From positions 7,427 through 71,426 of the IMG/VR virus record IMGVR_UViG_3300001335_000566: a stretch of 64,000 nucleotides of DNA; one strand, 5' to 3'. This document shows positions 49,798 through 60,492 of this stretch, in pieces (the first letter of the stretch is position 1; each line of letters begins with the position of its first letter). The DNA is from a virus (taxonomy: Duplodnaviria > Caudoviricetes). A program made the position numbers and the translations under genes. The notes below the pieces were generated by a model. It saw only the letters and a program-made list of their open reading frames with translations, was not told the DNA's origin and ran no database searches.

Positions 49798-50959
49798 TAG
49801 GATATTTAGTTTTAATCATATAATCTCGAAGCTTTTGTTCATCATCCCAAAAATCAATACAATCTTCTTTCGAAAATATACTTTTGGGTGAATTTATTCC
49901 CTGTTGCAAAGATTTTAAATCTCGCTTTTTAAGATTATCCTCAAATTCTTTTTTCTCAGAATTATAAGTAATATTCTTAAAATGGTTTTCAACTGTTTTC
50001 ACTTCTTCTCTAAAAGAAAAATCACCTGCAAGGTCAGCATATGCAGCCATGGTTTTTTGATATTCAGAAATAAATTCAGCATCTTTTTGATCAAAAGCCA
50101 ATGACTTCAAAGCTTTCAACTTAAAAGAAAACTCATTTTTTCTTTCTTTGTCGGTGGTAATATCACCCTGAGGTATTGTACCATGTTTTAAAGCCAATCG
50201 ATGATTAAAGACCTGTTTAAGATGTTGATTTTCCTTTTTAGCAATAGTTCGAATGACTTCATCAATACTACTACCAAGATATTTCTGTTCAAAGAAATAC
50301 TCATTATTGCCAGTATCACGAATAATATTGACATTAATAAGATCCAGAATGTAACCATATTCTCCAATCCCTTCATTGTATTCAGGAAAACAATTCATGA
50401 CATCTTCCGGATTTTCACGACAAGCCTTTAAAAGCCTGTTTTTTTGTATTTCTGTAGAAACACCGCTTACAGGAATATAACCTGGTTTTTTTGAAACATA
50501 ATTAAACAAGGTTACAATAGATTTAAACTTCTCAATAGGTAAATCATGAATTAACTTCATTGCCTTAAATGCATTTTCCTCAAATTGATTTTCTGTTTTT
50601 GCAGACTCAACCTCATCATAAAAATAACCAATATATGATTGATGATTATTTTTATAATCAGATTCTGATTTTGCAATTTTCCTTGATATTAAAATAAGAT
50701 CATAAATAGCCTTGTCATATGGTTTATTTATGTCAAGCTTTGTTCTATGTCTGATCTTATAGAAATTTTCCGGATTAATAACATAAGGATATTTTTCAGC
50801 CTCATCCTTATCCAACGGCTTCTTTCCAAGCATTTTTTCATTGGAAAGGTCTTGACCAGTTATATACCGATCATTAACAATTTCAATTGGAATATCCCAA
50901 CTTACTTTTTTGTTAATTGGCTCAGTAAAAATGATCATCTTAATACTTGAATCTTTCAT
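49790..50959 (-). CDS. conserved crAss-like protein following the major capsid gene (cargo protein-like)
   Basis: 389 aa; LDINKPYDKAIYDLI motif; position directly downstream of MCP. Confidence 0.5.
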   Translation of the reverse strand: MKDSSIKMIIFTEPINKKVSWDIPIEIVNDRYITGQDLSNEKMLGKKPLDKDEAEKYPYVINPENFYKIRHRTKLDINKPYDKAIYDLILISRKIAKSESDYKNNHQSYIGYFYDEVESAKTENQFEENAFKAMKLIHDLPIEKFKSIVTLFNYVSKKPGYIPVSGVSTEIQKNRLLKACRENPEDVMNCFPEYNEGIGEYGYILDLINVNIIRDTGNNEYFFEQKYLGSSIDEVIRTIAKKENQHLKQVFNHRLALKHGTIPQGDITTDKERKNEFSFKLKALKSLAFDQKDAEFISEYQKTMAAYADLAGDFSFREEVKTVENHFKNITYNSEKKEFEDNLKKRDLKSLQQGINSPKSIFSKEDCIDFWDDEQKLRDYMIKTKYPNA

Positions 50960-50978
50960 CTTTTAGAAAAGTTAAATG

Positions 50979-52454
50979 TTAGTCAATAAGATTATTTGCA
51001 ATAGGCTTGTAAGTTTTTATAGCCTGAACCTGTGAAATTACGCCACACTGAATCAGAGCATGTTCCGTTGTACCATCAACATCATTGGAAACCTCACCAC
51101 CTTTATTGATACCGGAAACAGTTCCTTTTACAAGAGGACGAAGCTGAACAAGCTGTATTCCACGTTCACCACCTTCAGTAAGACCCAAAGGCAACAGAAT
51201 ACAATCATGTTCATTTGACCTTGTACCATCCTTTAATGTTTTTGAAGGACGATCTTGCATATAGGTTGCACGATTAAAGTAAATTGTAAGACCACCAAAA
51301 GAATAACCGGCATAAGTATTATTAAGGATCTTGTCATCACCATCACCAACAATGTTTTGATCCCTTGTAACACCCATTTCACCCATTACAGTCATAACAT
51401 CAAAATATGCTTTAGGATGCAAAATTGCAACTGCTTCACGCTTACCTAATTCATTTGGACGAATATAAGTATCAGCATCAGTCAACAAGGCCTCAATGGT
51501 TTTCTTATTCCATTTTGTTACTGGTTTTTCAATTGGACCATCACCAGAATACAAAACACCACTTCCGGAAAGGATTTCCTGTCCAAGATCATTTGTCAAT
51601 GTAACCTTTTTAGTGTCTACACTAACAGTACCCTTACCCTCCAAAAGTTGAAAATTCTGATACCTGGCTAATTGACGCATCATTGAAATTTGAGCATCAG
51701 TAATAAAAGTTGCTCCACCCTTTCCATCACTTCTTGAAACCCAACGGCCACTTACTTTACCTTTTGTCATTGCTTCAGCAGTTCCTGAATAGGAATATTT
51801 AAACCGCTGTAAGGTCAAATAAGCATCCCCATAACCAGAGAAGAAATACTTTTCATTTCCACCAGTTGAAAAATCATGAGGATATTTACTGTAAGCAGAC
51901 TGGATTTCATCACCTTCTTGCATAATTTCAGGAAGTACGTACTCATCGGGATTTGAACCATCGATTTTTGCACGATATCTGAAAACACCACCTGAAACCT
52001 CTTTGCCACCCTCTTTATCCATCATATAAATATGAGTTTTACCATCACTCAACATGCAAATTTCATATCCTCCTACAATATTGCTATCAAGGAAAACATA
52101 AAATTCACCACCATTATATCCGGGCATAGTTGGATTGGCATAATCAACAAAAGTAACACCATCCATATTTGAACGAAAATGCTCTTTACGAAAATCACTT
52201 TGAGCAATTTTATATTGAATGTGGTTGTTTGTTACTGACCTGAATTTTGAATTCATAAAATTCGAAGAATAATTAACGCCTTTGGTTTTATAACCTTTAG
52301 CATCTAACAGGGCAATCATATTGGCCTGTTCAGGAAACATTGAAAAAATAGTTGGCATAAAATCGGGGTCTTTAACACCAAAATCTACCAACATTCGTGA
52401 ACTAATGGACTCCATGGCAACAGTGTCTTGGGGTCCTGGAATTAAACGTGCCAT
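50979..52454 (-). CDS. major capsid protein
   Basis: 491 aa; position terminase-portal-scaffold-MCP; YGDAYLTLQRFKYSYSGTA and QEILSGSGVL motifs as in crAss MCPs; codon bias. Confidence 0.8.
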   Translation of the reverse strand: MARLIPGPQDTVAMESISSRMLVDFGVKDPDFMPTIFSMFPEQANMIALLDAKGYKTKGVNYSSNFMNSKFRSVTNNHIQYKIAQSDFRKEHFRSNMDGVTFVDYANPTMPGYNGGEFYVFLDSNIVGGYEICMLSDGKTHIYMMDKEGGKEVSGGVFRYRAKIDGSNPDEYVLPEIMQEGDEIQSAYSKYPHDFSTGGNEKYFFSGYGDAYLTLQRFKYSYSGTAEAMTKGKVSGRWVSRSDGKGGATFITDAQISMMRQLARYQNFQLLEGKGTVSVDTKKVTLTNDLGQEILSGSGVLYSGDGPIEKPVTKWNKKTIEALLTDADTYIRPNELGKREAVAILHPKAYFDVMTVMGEMGVTRDQNIVGDGDDKILNNTYAGYSFGGLTIYFNRATYMQDRPSKTLKDGTRSNEHDCILLPLGLTEGGERGIQLVQLRPLVKGTVSGINKGGEVSNDVDGTTEHALIQCGVISQVQAIKTYKPIANNLID

Positions 52455-52490
52455 ATCTTGTAAAATTTTTTTTATTAATTAAAACAGCCT

Positions 52491-53543
52491 TTACATATTT
52501 CCAAATTCTTGTGGATCAAAATCCTCTTTTCGAATTTGTCCAATTTGTCTTTCTGGGCTTCTGTCTAACTTATCAATAATCTTTTCTTTTGCAGCATTTT
52601 CTAATCTGCTTGCATACCCTTCTATCCGACCTGTTTTAACAAGATATAAATAGGGTAATAATGCAAAACTTTTTTTAGAATCAGAAAGAAGTTCAGAAAG
52701 TAATACATCAGCATCAGAAAGAATCATTTTTTCTCCATTGTATTCCTGGAGTTTTTTTTCAGTGAACTTTGGTAATTCAGTAAGAAAATCTTTTTTTTCT
52801 TTTTCTGAAAACTTAAATCCACTAATTGTAGAAAGAGTTTTAACATCTTCAATGAACTCATTAACTACTTTGTTCGTTTCTTTTTGAATTTCTGGTAATA
52901 CTTTCTCCATTTCTTTTATTGAATTATCTTTAGATTTTTCAAACTCAGCCTTCTGTTTATCTACAATAACAGACCTAAACGCATCAGCTTTTTCGTTCCT
53001 TTCAATAGGAGTCATAGCTTCAATGTGGGCTTCAATTTGTTCTGCCGACCAATTCAATTTCTTTTCCTTACTTCGTTCTGCATATACATGTTTAAGAAGG
53101 TCTTCATCTGATAGAGTAGTAATTTCACTAATCTGTCTTTGGGCATTCAGCCAATTTGATACAGAAAAACCTTCTTGGGATTTTGCGGTTTTATAATTTT
53201 TTATAAATTCATCTTCATCATCATTTGATGATTTTGAATTTTCCTTCATCATTTGAAATAACCGTTCTGCTCTTTCATTTTCAGGAAGAGTTAAAACTTC
53301 TTTTGGAATTTCAACATCTTCATAATTTTTCTTAAAAGCAATCAAATATGGATCTGTCTCTAAATTTTCTGGTTCGTCTCCGGTTTTTTTTTCAGGTTCC
53401 TGTTTTTCGGGTTCCTGTTTTTCTTTAGAATCATCATCAAATAAATCCGGATTACTAAAGTCTTCAGCAAAAGCTTTGGGATCAAAATCTTCCAAACGCT
53501 CTTGATTTTCTTGATTTTCTGGGTTTTCTAATTTTTTAGTCAT
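52491..53543 (-). CDS. scaffolding-like acidic protein
   Basis: Highly acidic, helical, KQEPE repeat; lies between portal and MCP. Confidence 0.6.
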   Translation of the reverse strand: MTKKLENPENQENQERLEDFDPKAFAEDFSNPDLFDDDSKEKQEPEKQEPEKKTGDEPENLETDPYLIAFKKNYEDVEIPKEVLTLPENERAERLFQMMKENSKSSNDDEDEFIKNYKTAKSQEGFSVSNWLNAQRQISEITTLSDEDLLKHVYAERSKEKKLNWSAEQIEAHIEAMTPIERNEKADAFRSVIVDKQKAEFEKSKDNSIKEMEKVLPEIQKETNKVVNEFIEDVKTLSTISGFKFSEKEKKDFLTELPKFTEKKLQEYNGEKMILSDADVLLSELLSDSKKSFALLPYLYLVKTGRIEGYASRLENAAKEKIIDKLDRSPERQIGQIRKEDFDPQEFGNM

Positions 53544-53563
53544 CTTTTCTTTTTTTAATTAAA

Positions 53564-53595
53564 CAAAAATACAATATAATTGAGTTAAAATCAAA
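53564..53595 (-). promoter_or_regulatory. Bacteroidota sigma70-type promoter for the scaffold-capsid operon
   Basis: Minus strand TTTG-N20-TATTTTTG, an exact match to TTTG-N19-21-TAnnTTTG. Confidence 0.6.
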
Positions 53596-56241
53596 TTACT
53601 TATCACTTACATGTTCTTTTACTGTCTTTTTTATTTTTGTATCTGTTGAGATTTTCTTTATTCTGTCTGCATGATCTTTTTCATTTTTGTCTTTCATAAC
53701 TATAATATTTGCTTTATTAATCAAATAATTAAGCATAATCTCAAGTTCTTTTAATTTTGCATTAATTGTATTTGCACGATCATTTGCCATTACTGCATTA
53801 TCTTCACTTTCTTTTTCATTAGTAAGTTCAAATAATTTTAATTTAGCATCTGTTTCTGCAATAACCTTATCAAGTTCTAATCTTTCAGATTCAATTTTTG
53901 CCTGGAATTCTTTAAATTGACTTTCAAACTGTAATTTTGTTTGGTCAATTTGAAGTTCCTGTTGTTTCCAATATGCATCAAATTCATTCATGAAACGCAT
54001 TTTTTCTATTTCTAATTCTCTTACTCTCTGATGTTCTTCTGCTCGTTGTTGTTGTGCAATTTTTTCAGCTTTTTCAGTAAAATATTTAACTTTTGATTTT
54101 AACTCTCCAAAAGTTTCAGATTCATATATTTCTATTAAAGATGAAAAAGGTAATTGTGCATTTTTATAATGTATGGCTGCGATTTGTCGCAACTCTTCCA
54201 TTTTATAAATATTTTCATTACTCCTTTCAATAGATACTTTAAGGTCAATATTTGTAAATATTTTTTCAGGGATATTTAATATTTTTCTTCCAAGCCCCAA
54301 TTTATTCATTTCTACTTTACCACCATTTCTAAAAGCATATCTTCCTGCCAATGTAACAAGTTGAGTTAGTGCTTCAGATAATATTTCTTCATGGTCTGAA
54401 TATAATATTTCCGTTATTAAAAATGATTGTTTTAAGCTTTCTTTAAATGTACCTACCTGGTCTGTTTCTTTAAGTTGTGCTTGTCTTTGTCTTGGTACAC
54501 CAATAATATTACCCATGGACTCTTCCAATCTGTCAAGGATTAATTTTAAATTTAAAATCCCATCTGCCATTGTCAAATCTATCTGTGACCATTGATTAAA
54601 ACTTGTTCGTTTTGGGTTTCCTTCTTTTGTTAAAGTTTGAATATTTACAATACCAAGTTTCTTTTGAAAATTCCATTCATTATCAGACATATCATCAGGT
54701 TTTTGTGATCTGTCCATTATCATAGATTTCACACCTGATAATGCGATTAACAATTCCATATGAGTATAAATAACATCATATAGTTTTTGTATATCAAGTG
54801 TTGCTCCTATTAAAGAATAAGGGGTTTCTGTAGAACCAAAAACCGGTAAATTAATATCTGAATGCTTATCAATTGCTCTTGGAACAAACCTTTTTTTTCT
54901 TTTATTTACAACATATTCATTATTTATAACAACTGCTTCATATAAATCATTAGTATAACGATTAATAATCTTTTCTCCTTTTTTTACAGAATAAGTTTGT
55001 GCATCTTCCCTTCTTATTACATCATCAGGATTATCTCGAGCAACAAATGCTTTCTTTTTAAAATCATATTTATACACATCTTCATTTATAAGTTTCATAT
55101 ATGGATCTATAATGTTTCTAAAAAATTCACCTTCTTCATGAGGATTAGGTGATACTTTTATTTTTTCTTCTCTTGGTGCTTTAAAAAAAACCCTATCAAT
55201 TCTTATCCCACCAGAAGTTGTATAACCAGAATATGGCACTTCAATTGCTCCTTCAGGCGTACTTCCGAAATTGCCATTAACAGAAGTTTGATTTTCTTCA
55301 AGGATTTTATCAATCACATCATTTCCATAATTCTTTTTTAATTCTTCACCAAATTCAATAAGAACTTGCTGAGGTGTCATTAATTCATTAATAACTACCC
55401 AGGGTCCACGATTTATTCTATCAACTCCTTCAATGCGGGGATAATAAACCATTAAATCATTAAGTGCTTCAAAACGAGGATATCTTTCATCTTCAAGATA
55501 ATCTACCCAATATGCTTGTTTACCAACAACACATTTTGAACGAAAAGCCTTTTTTTCTGCATTTTTTATTTTCAATAAAGAATATAATGTTACCATTATT
55601 TTTTCTGCAATTTCTTCTTTATATTCTTTAAAATCAAACCTTATATACCTTTCAACTTCATCTTTAATTTCTGCAAGTTGTTCATCTTGTGTTTTGGTTT
55701 GTGATTGTAATAATTGCATTTGAGCAATTATGTTTGGCATTAAAGATTGCATTCGTTTTAATTCTTGAGCCTGTTCCTGAGTTTCGGGTTCTTGACTAAC
55801 ATATTCTTGAAGTTCTTGAATTTTTTGATCAATTGATGATATCTTAACACTTGCATGCATTCTCATTTCAGAAATCTTCAAAAACATCATATCAATTAAC
55901 TGTTTAATGATTAATTCATATTTTTCATCTATAGCTTCTTCATTTATTGTTCTAACAACAAATTCTTTAGGTCTGATAGTTAATTCAGATATAAGAAGAT
56001 CGATAAGATGCCTTTGTAGAGGAATATGTCTTGGCATTGCTGGTAGTGTATAATTACCATATTTGAGAAAATAATCCATCCGTTTTTCATCAAATTCATT
56101 ATTATAATATTGCCAATACTTTTTATCTAATTTTTTTCTGTTTACATCTACACTTGTTTTTGATAAATACAATGCAATATTTTTTATCCAATTGGAATCT
56201 TTTTTACTTTCAGGTACATTCAGATTTGGTATAGTGCTCAT
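53596..56241 (-). CDS. portal protein
   Basis: 881 aa; follows terminase; FNQWSQIDLT and IIGVPRQRQAQ motifs; C-terminal coiled coil. Confidence 0.85.
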   Translation of the reverse strand: MSTIPNLNVPESKKDSNWIKNIALYLSKTSVDVNRKKLDKKYWQYYNNEFDEKRMDYFLKYGNYTLPAMPRHIPLQRHLIDLLISELTIRPKEFVVRTINEEAIDEKYELIIKQLIDMMFLKISEMRMHASVKISSIDQKIQELQEYVSQEPETQEQAQELKRMQSLMPNIIAQMQLLQSQTKTQDEQLAEIKDEVERYIRFDFKEYKEEIAEKIMVTLYSLLKIKNAEKKAFRSKCVVGKQAYWVDYLEDERYPRFEALNDLMVYYPRIEGVDRINRGPWVVINELMTPQQVLIEFGEELKKNYGNDVIDKILEENQTSVNGNFGSTPEGAIEVPYSGYTTSGGIRIDRVFFKAPREEKIKVSPNPHEEGEFFRNIIDPYMKLINEDVYKYDFKKKAFVARDNPDDVIRREDAQTYSVKKGEKIINRYTNDLYEAVVINNEYVVNKRKKRFVPRAIDKHSDINLPVFGSTETPYSLIGATLDIQKLYDVIYTHMELLIALSGVKSMIMDRSQKPDDMSDNEWNFQKKLGIVNIQTLTKEGNPKRTSFNQWSQIDLTMADGILNLKLILDRLEESMGNIIGVPRQRQAQLKETDQVGTFKESLKQSFLITEILYSDHEEILSEALTQLVTLAGRYAFRNGGKVEMNKLGLGRKILNIPEKIFTNIDLKVSIERSNENIYKMEELRQIAAIHYKNAQLPFSSLIEIYESETFGELKSKVKYFTEKAEKIAQQQRAEEHQRVRELEIEKMRFMNEFDAYWKQQELQIDQTKLQFESQFKEFQAKIESERLELDKVIAETDAKLKLFELTNEKESEDNAVMANDRANTINAKLKELEIMLNYLINKANIIVMKDKNEKDHADRIKKISTDTKIKKTVKEHVSDK

Positions 56242-58277
56242 ATTATTTGTTGTTGTAATTCACCATTAATTCTCTTATAAACTAATATGCCCTTTATCTT
56301 TGTTTTATCTTCTGTTGTAGATTTAACAACATAATGTTCATATTCTTTTGCATGAACTTCTGCTTCAGCCATTGCCATTGTAATATCACAATTGTAATTC
56401 TTATTAAATTTAAACTTACTTAAGGCTTCTATTATTCTTATAATTCTTAAATTATTTATATATTCTGGTATTAATCTATCTTTTAAAATTGCAAGAACGT
56501 GAGGCTTTAAAACCTTATCTGTTCCATATTGATTTTGTAATTTACTATCATAAATCTTACCAGCAAATGCTAATTGAGGTCTTTGTTCCAATAAAACAGC
56601 AAACCCATTGTTTTTATAAAAGTCAAATATACGAATATTTGAATATTCAATATTATTTGTTGTCCCATAATATATACAAGCATATATTGTATGCATAAAA
56701 AATAACTCCGCACCACCTTCAGCAACAGATGGCCGTTCAAATATTAATGCAACAGGTGTAACATATATTGGAGAAGGACTATTTTGTCTATATGTTTTTC
56801 TTATAACCATTGATCCTTTAGAGGTAGATGTTTCTGCTTCATCTTGATCATAACTATCTGTGCCACCTTTATAAAGACCAGGATATGGTTTTCCATTTTC
56901 ATCCAGTTCTGGCTCTTCTAAAATTTCTATAAAACCATTTTCTTCATCAATTACGAAATCAATTCCTTCCCATAAATTTAAAGGATTTTTAGGCACAAGT
57001 CTTCCAACTCTTGTTATTTGTTCTGAACGATCACTTAATATTTTTCTTTTTTGCCTTTGCAATGCTTCTATTATTTCTTGTCCAAAATATCCAATGGAAC
57101 TTCTCATTAAAGCATCAGAAGCATAATAAGCCCATTGTGAACGGATAATATGTCTTTCTTTAATATGTGCATCAGCTACTTTTTTATCAATATCTTTTCT
57201 ACTTTTTTCTCTTAAAGGATTGCCATGATCATCTATAAAGTGAAACCAATCTTTACCTGTAAAATGACCAACAACAGAATCTTTGATTTTTTCTTTTTCA
57301 AAAACATTTTGGAATGTTAAAATATCATATTCTTCAGGATCATAATGTCTATCTTCAAGATCAGCACCCCCTTCATCCATATCCCCACCAGTACCTATAT
57401 ATAATTGCCAACCTGTTTTTTTACCTTCTGCAAATTGTGATGGTGAAACAAATTTTGAAACTTCTTTACTCCAACCTTTTTTACCTTTTCCAATTTCTTC
57501 ATGAATTACAAAATAAGGAGAAAACCTTGATAAACTTTGTGGTTTATCTCTTGCTGTAAGAGCCCTTATTTCAGAAAGAAAATATTTTGCATGTAATAAT
57601 CCTCCATTTACTGTCCTGGTAATATCTCGTTCTTTATAAAATTGAGTGTTTTTAATATAATCCAATCCTCTCATTGCATTATCAAAAGTTTTATCAGCAT
57701 CAACTTGTTCGCCAGCTACAACAATATTTTGAGAAGCAGGAACAAAAGAAAAATTCCATCCCAATACACCACCAGCTACTTTTTCAGAAAATCCTTCTTG
57801 TCTTCCTTTTAATTCCTGGCCATCCTTACTTTGCATAAACATCATTTCAAGTCTATGGAAAAAGAAAAAATCCATTGCTGTAAAACGAGGTTTTATAATA
57901 CTTTTTATTGATTTATTTTTTGCCAATCCATATATTGGCCAGAAATTAAGATAAAAGTAAAACCTTCCACTTATATCAAAAGTATTATCTTTTATTAATA
58001 AATCATATAAGGGAATATATACATCATTACCATACCATATTACATCTTCACCATCAATTAAAAAGTCTCCACCTTTTTCAATAAAATTTTTTACTGTAAA
58101 CCCATTTTTACACCTATCTTCTTGTCGAGCCCACCAAGCCTCATCAATATTGTAATTTCCTGAACTTAAAAATTCTTTATGTATATTATGAGGAGGCTTA
58201 AAATAATAATCTTCATCATGTGGAAGGTCATCTCCAAATGTGACTGGTGAAAACTGTCTTGTATTTGTAAATCTCAT
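56238..58277 (-). CDS. terL: terminase large subunit
   Basis: LKGRQEGFS Walker A variant, VIHEEIGK Walker B, GTGGDMD, nuclease GTDSYD, NCDITMAM. Confidence 0.9.
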   Translation of the reverse strand: MRFTNTRQFSPVTFGDDLPHDEDYYFKPPHNIHKEFLSSGNYNIDEAWWARQEDRCKNGFTVKNFIEKGGDFLIDGEDVIWYGNDVYIPLYDLLIKDNTFDISGRFYFYLNFWPIYGLAKNKSIKSIIKPRFTAMDFFFFHRLEMMFMQSKDGQELKGRQEGFSEKVAGGVLGWNFSFVPASQNIVVAGEQVDADKTFDNAMRGLDYIKNTQFYKERDITRTVNGGLLHAKYFLSEIRALTARDKPQSLSRFSPYFVIHEEIGKGKKGWSKEVSKFVSPSQFAEGKKTGWQLYIGTGGDMDEGGADLEDRHYDPEEYDILTFQNVFEKEKIKDSVVGHFTGKDWFHFIDDHGNPLREKSRKDIDKKVADAHIKERHIIRSQWAYYASDALMRSSIGYFGQEIIEALQRQKRKILSDRSEQITRVGRLVPKNPLNLWEGIDFVIDEENGFIEILEEPELDENGKPYPGLYKGGTDSYDQDEAETSTSKGSMVIRKTYRQNSPSPIYVTPVALIFERPSVAEGGAELFFMHTIYACIYYGTTNNIEYSNIRIFDFYKNNGFAVLLEQRPQLAFAGKIYDSKLQNQYGTDKVLKPHVLAILKDRLIPEYINNLRIIRIIEALSKFKFNKNYNCDITMAMAEAEVHAKEYEHYVVKSTTEDKTKIKGILVYKRINGELQQQII

Positions 58278-58903
58278 TTTTCTGCCTCCACATGAGTATC
58301 AAATAATCTTCGTTGATTTTGATTTTTATTTCTTTCTTTTTTTAAATCAATACGCAATTTTTGCTCCAACTGCATTAAAGCTTGTGCCTGACTAATAGCA
58401 TTTAATTTTTCCTTACTATTATCTACTTTGATTGGCAATTTTGCTTTAGCTTTTGTTTCTACAATTTCTCCACTATCATTAGTGTATTCAACTGTTATTT
58501 CAACTTGCTGTTTTACAAGATGGAACATTTTTATACTTTGAATATGTTCATAAAGATCCTCAATATCTTTTTGAACATTTTGATAAAATCGTTCTATTGT
58601 AGTCATGCAGTCTTTAGAATATATTTTAATTACTGCTTGAACATTGGGATCATTTTCTATTTCTGAAACATTTTCTCCTTTAAAATAAACTGATTGCACT
58701 TTTTCTTTTCTTTCTCCTGGCAAATAAGATTCAAATGCATGCTCAGATTTATAAACATGATAAATCCAAGTTATTACTTTATTAAAATATGACTTATTCT
58801 CTGAAATGTCTGAATCCCATAGCTTTTTCACTTCCTTAAAAACCATTGCTTCAGGATCAATAACAATTTTTGCCTCTTCTATATTAAATTTCAACCAACT
58901 CAT
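58274..58903 (-). CDS. conserved crAss-like protein upstream of TerL (possible small terminase)
   Basis: 209 aa, overlapping the TerL start. Confidence 0.4.
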   Translation of the reverse strand: MSWLKFNIEEAKIVIDPEAMVFKEVKKLWDSDISENKSYFNKVITWIYHVYKSEHAFESYLPGERKEKVQSVYFKGENVSEIENDPNVQAVIKIYSKDCMTTIERFYQNVQKDIEDLYEHIQSIKMFHLVKQQVEITVEYTNDSGEIVETKAKAKLPIKVDNSKEKLNAISQAQALMQLEQKLRIDLKKERNKNQNQRRLFDTHVEAEK

Positions 58904-59613
58904 TTACCAAAAAAATATGTAAAATCAACATTAATAAAATTTCCATTAAAAACCTTTTCTGGAGTATCATATGAAAAATACTCATAAGATGTACCAAAAG
59001 CAATACCCTTTCTGGTCATATAACCTGTCCCAAAACGTATTTTACTCCAGGATGTCCAAGATTTTAACTGATTTCCTACTGATCCAGCAAGATACCATCC
59101 TTTACGATATTTATATTCAATAACTGGATCAACAGGCGGTGGTGGATTATTAATTACCCATTGTTTTATTATTTTTTCTTTGTAAATTGTATATTCAGGA
59201 AATGATATTTCCTGTAAATGCCCCATGACCTTCACATACCAAAATAATTCAAAATCTGGAGTTTTAAGAGTATCATAATAAACAACCTCATAAATATCAA
59301 TAGTATCACCTGATTGAGAATGAATAGCAAAATAATTGAAAATTTTTTGAGAATCTTGTGCTGTTAAATCTTTACTAATATATTTAATACCTGTATATTT
59401 AGTTATGGTATCATAAATAGTATCAATCTTTTCTTTAGCCCTTACACAACTATCATATTTTGCATTATGATATTTTATTTGACGATTATTTTCCTTATTT
59501 ATTTCTACAATAAGTTCTTTTAGATTTTTTTTAGCGGAACATTCTGTAATACCCCATATTGATAGCCCAATAAGAGCAACTAATAAAATTGCCTTGATTA
59601 TTTTGTCTGTCAT
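58900..59613 (-). CDS. spanin-like membrane protein
   Basis: N-terminal TM/Cys (ILLVALIGLSIWGITEC), coiled coil, aromatic beta-strand C-terminus; downstream of the endolysin. Confidence 0.5.
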   Translation of the reverse strand: MTDKIIKAILLVALIGLSIWGITECSAKKNLKELIVEINKENNRQIKYHNAKYDSCVRAKEKIDTIYDTITKYTGIKYISKDLTAQDSQKIFNYFAIHSQSGDTIDIYEVVYYDTLKTPDFELFWYVKVMGHLQEISFPEYTIYKEKIIKQWVINNPPPPVDPVIEYKYRKGWYLAGSVGNQLKSWTSWSKIRFGTGYMTRKGIAFGTSYEYFSYDTPEKVFNGNFINVDFTYFFGK

Positions 59614-59618
59614 ATCTT

Positions 59619-60044
59619 TTATCTTTTAAATAATTCACGATAACTTAATAACTGGGTTTTAGGATATCTGGAAATATTAACTTGATTACTTTGGTTTCCT
59701 CCTAAAACATAAATATAATTTTCTGTTTCTCTAATAAAAAACCCTACATGTCCAAAAGGACTATCAAAACGGATTCTCCATAAAACAACAAGAGAACCCA
59801 ATATAGGATTTTCTATACTTCTACCAAACGACAACCATGATCTTGCTCGTAGGTCTTTAGTGTATTCATAACCGGCCTTCATTACACACCAATTAACAAA
59901 TGCACTACACCAAGCAAGTTCATCATTATCTACCCACCGGTGGCCAATATCATGGAAGTATTTCAACACTTCGAGATTGTGCTCCGGTCCCGGCATCTCT
60001 TTGATCCCATACTCGGCCAATGCAATATGAAGGAGGTCTGTCAT
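59619..60044 (-). CDS. endolysin, TIGR02594/NlpC-P60-like peptidase
   Basis: DELAWCSAFVNW, ARSW, GHVGF, VLGGNQSNQV. Confidence 0.85.
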   Translation of the reverse strand: MTDLLHIALAEYGIKEMPGPEHNLEVLKYFHDIGHRWVDNDELAWCSAFVNWCVMKAGYEYTKDLRARSWLSFGRSIENPILGSLVVLWRIRFDSPFGHVGFFIRETENYIYVLGGNQSNQVNISRYPKTQLLSYRELFKR

Positions 60045-60256
60045 TTGCGAATCATTTCGTTTTTATCGGCAGATCCTTTCGAGCTACCGTAAAAATAACT
60101 AACTACCACGCCAAAGGCAGCGATGAATGCACCAACGGCAAGGCTGATGACATCCCTCATCTCCTGCCGGAAAAGCAACAGCATGATTATTAAAACGATT
60201 GTTCCGAGAGCTATCAATGCCCCCAAAGCATACATAAATATATCCTTTGCTTTCAT
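60041..60256 (-). CDS. holin-like 2-TM protein
   Basis: Two hydrophobic helices, YFYGSSKGS tail; overlaps the endolysin start. Confidence 0.7.
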   Translation of the reverse strand: MKAKDIFMYALGALIALGTIVLIIMLLLFRQEMRDVISLAVGAFIAAFGVVVSYFYGSSKGSADKNEMIRK

Positions 60257-60435
60257 CTCTTACATATTTTGTTTTTACATAAATTCCAAATCTCTTTTAC
60301 AGCAAGGCCGACAATTGCCCCCAGTGCAGCAAAAAGCAGAACTTCTACAATTTTATGCATTGTAATTAATCCAATAACAGAACCCGAGCCACCGAAGATC
60401 TCGGGCAAATTATCGATTAGTCTTTTCATCTTCAT
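60253..60435 (-). CDS. holin/antiholin-like membrane protein
   Basis: 60 aa, hydrophobic core, basic C-terminus; MKM possible dual start. Confidence 0.55.
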   Translation of the reverse strand: MKMKRLIDNLPEIFGGSGSVIGLITMHKIVEVLLFAALGAIVGLAVKEIWNLCKNKICKR

Positions 60436-60492
60436 TTTATTTTGCTTATCCGGAGGTCAGCCGGGTTAGTACATAAAATTTGAGTTTTATAA

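Noticed and set aside
53395-53424. 15-nt duplication (KQEPE x2) in the scaffold gene
   Set aside because: Ordinary low-complexity linker; no sign of a functional repeat system
53596-58277. Inteins or group I introns in terminase or portal
   Set aside because: ORFs are continuous, of normal size, and show no intein splice motifs or LAGLIDADG/HNH insertions that I could recognise
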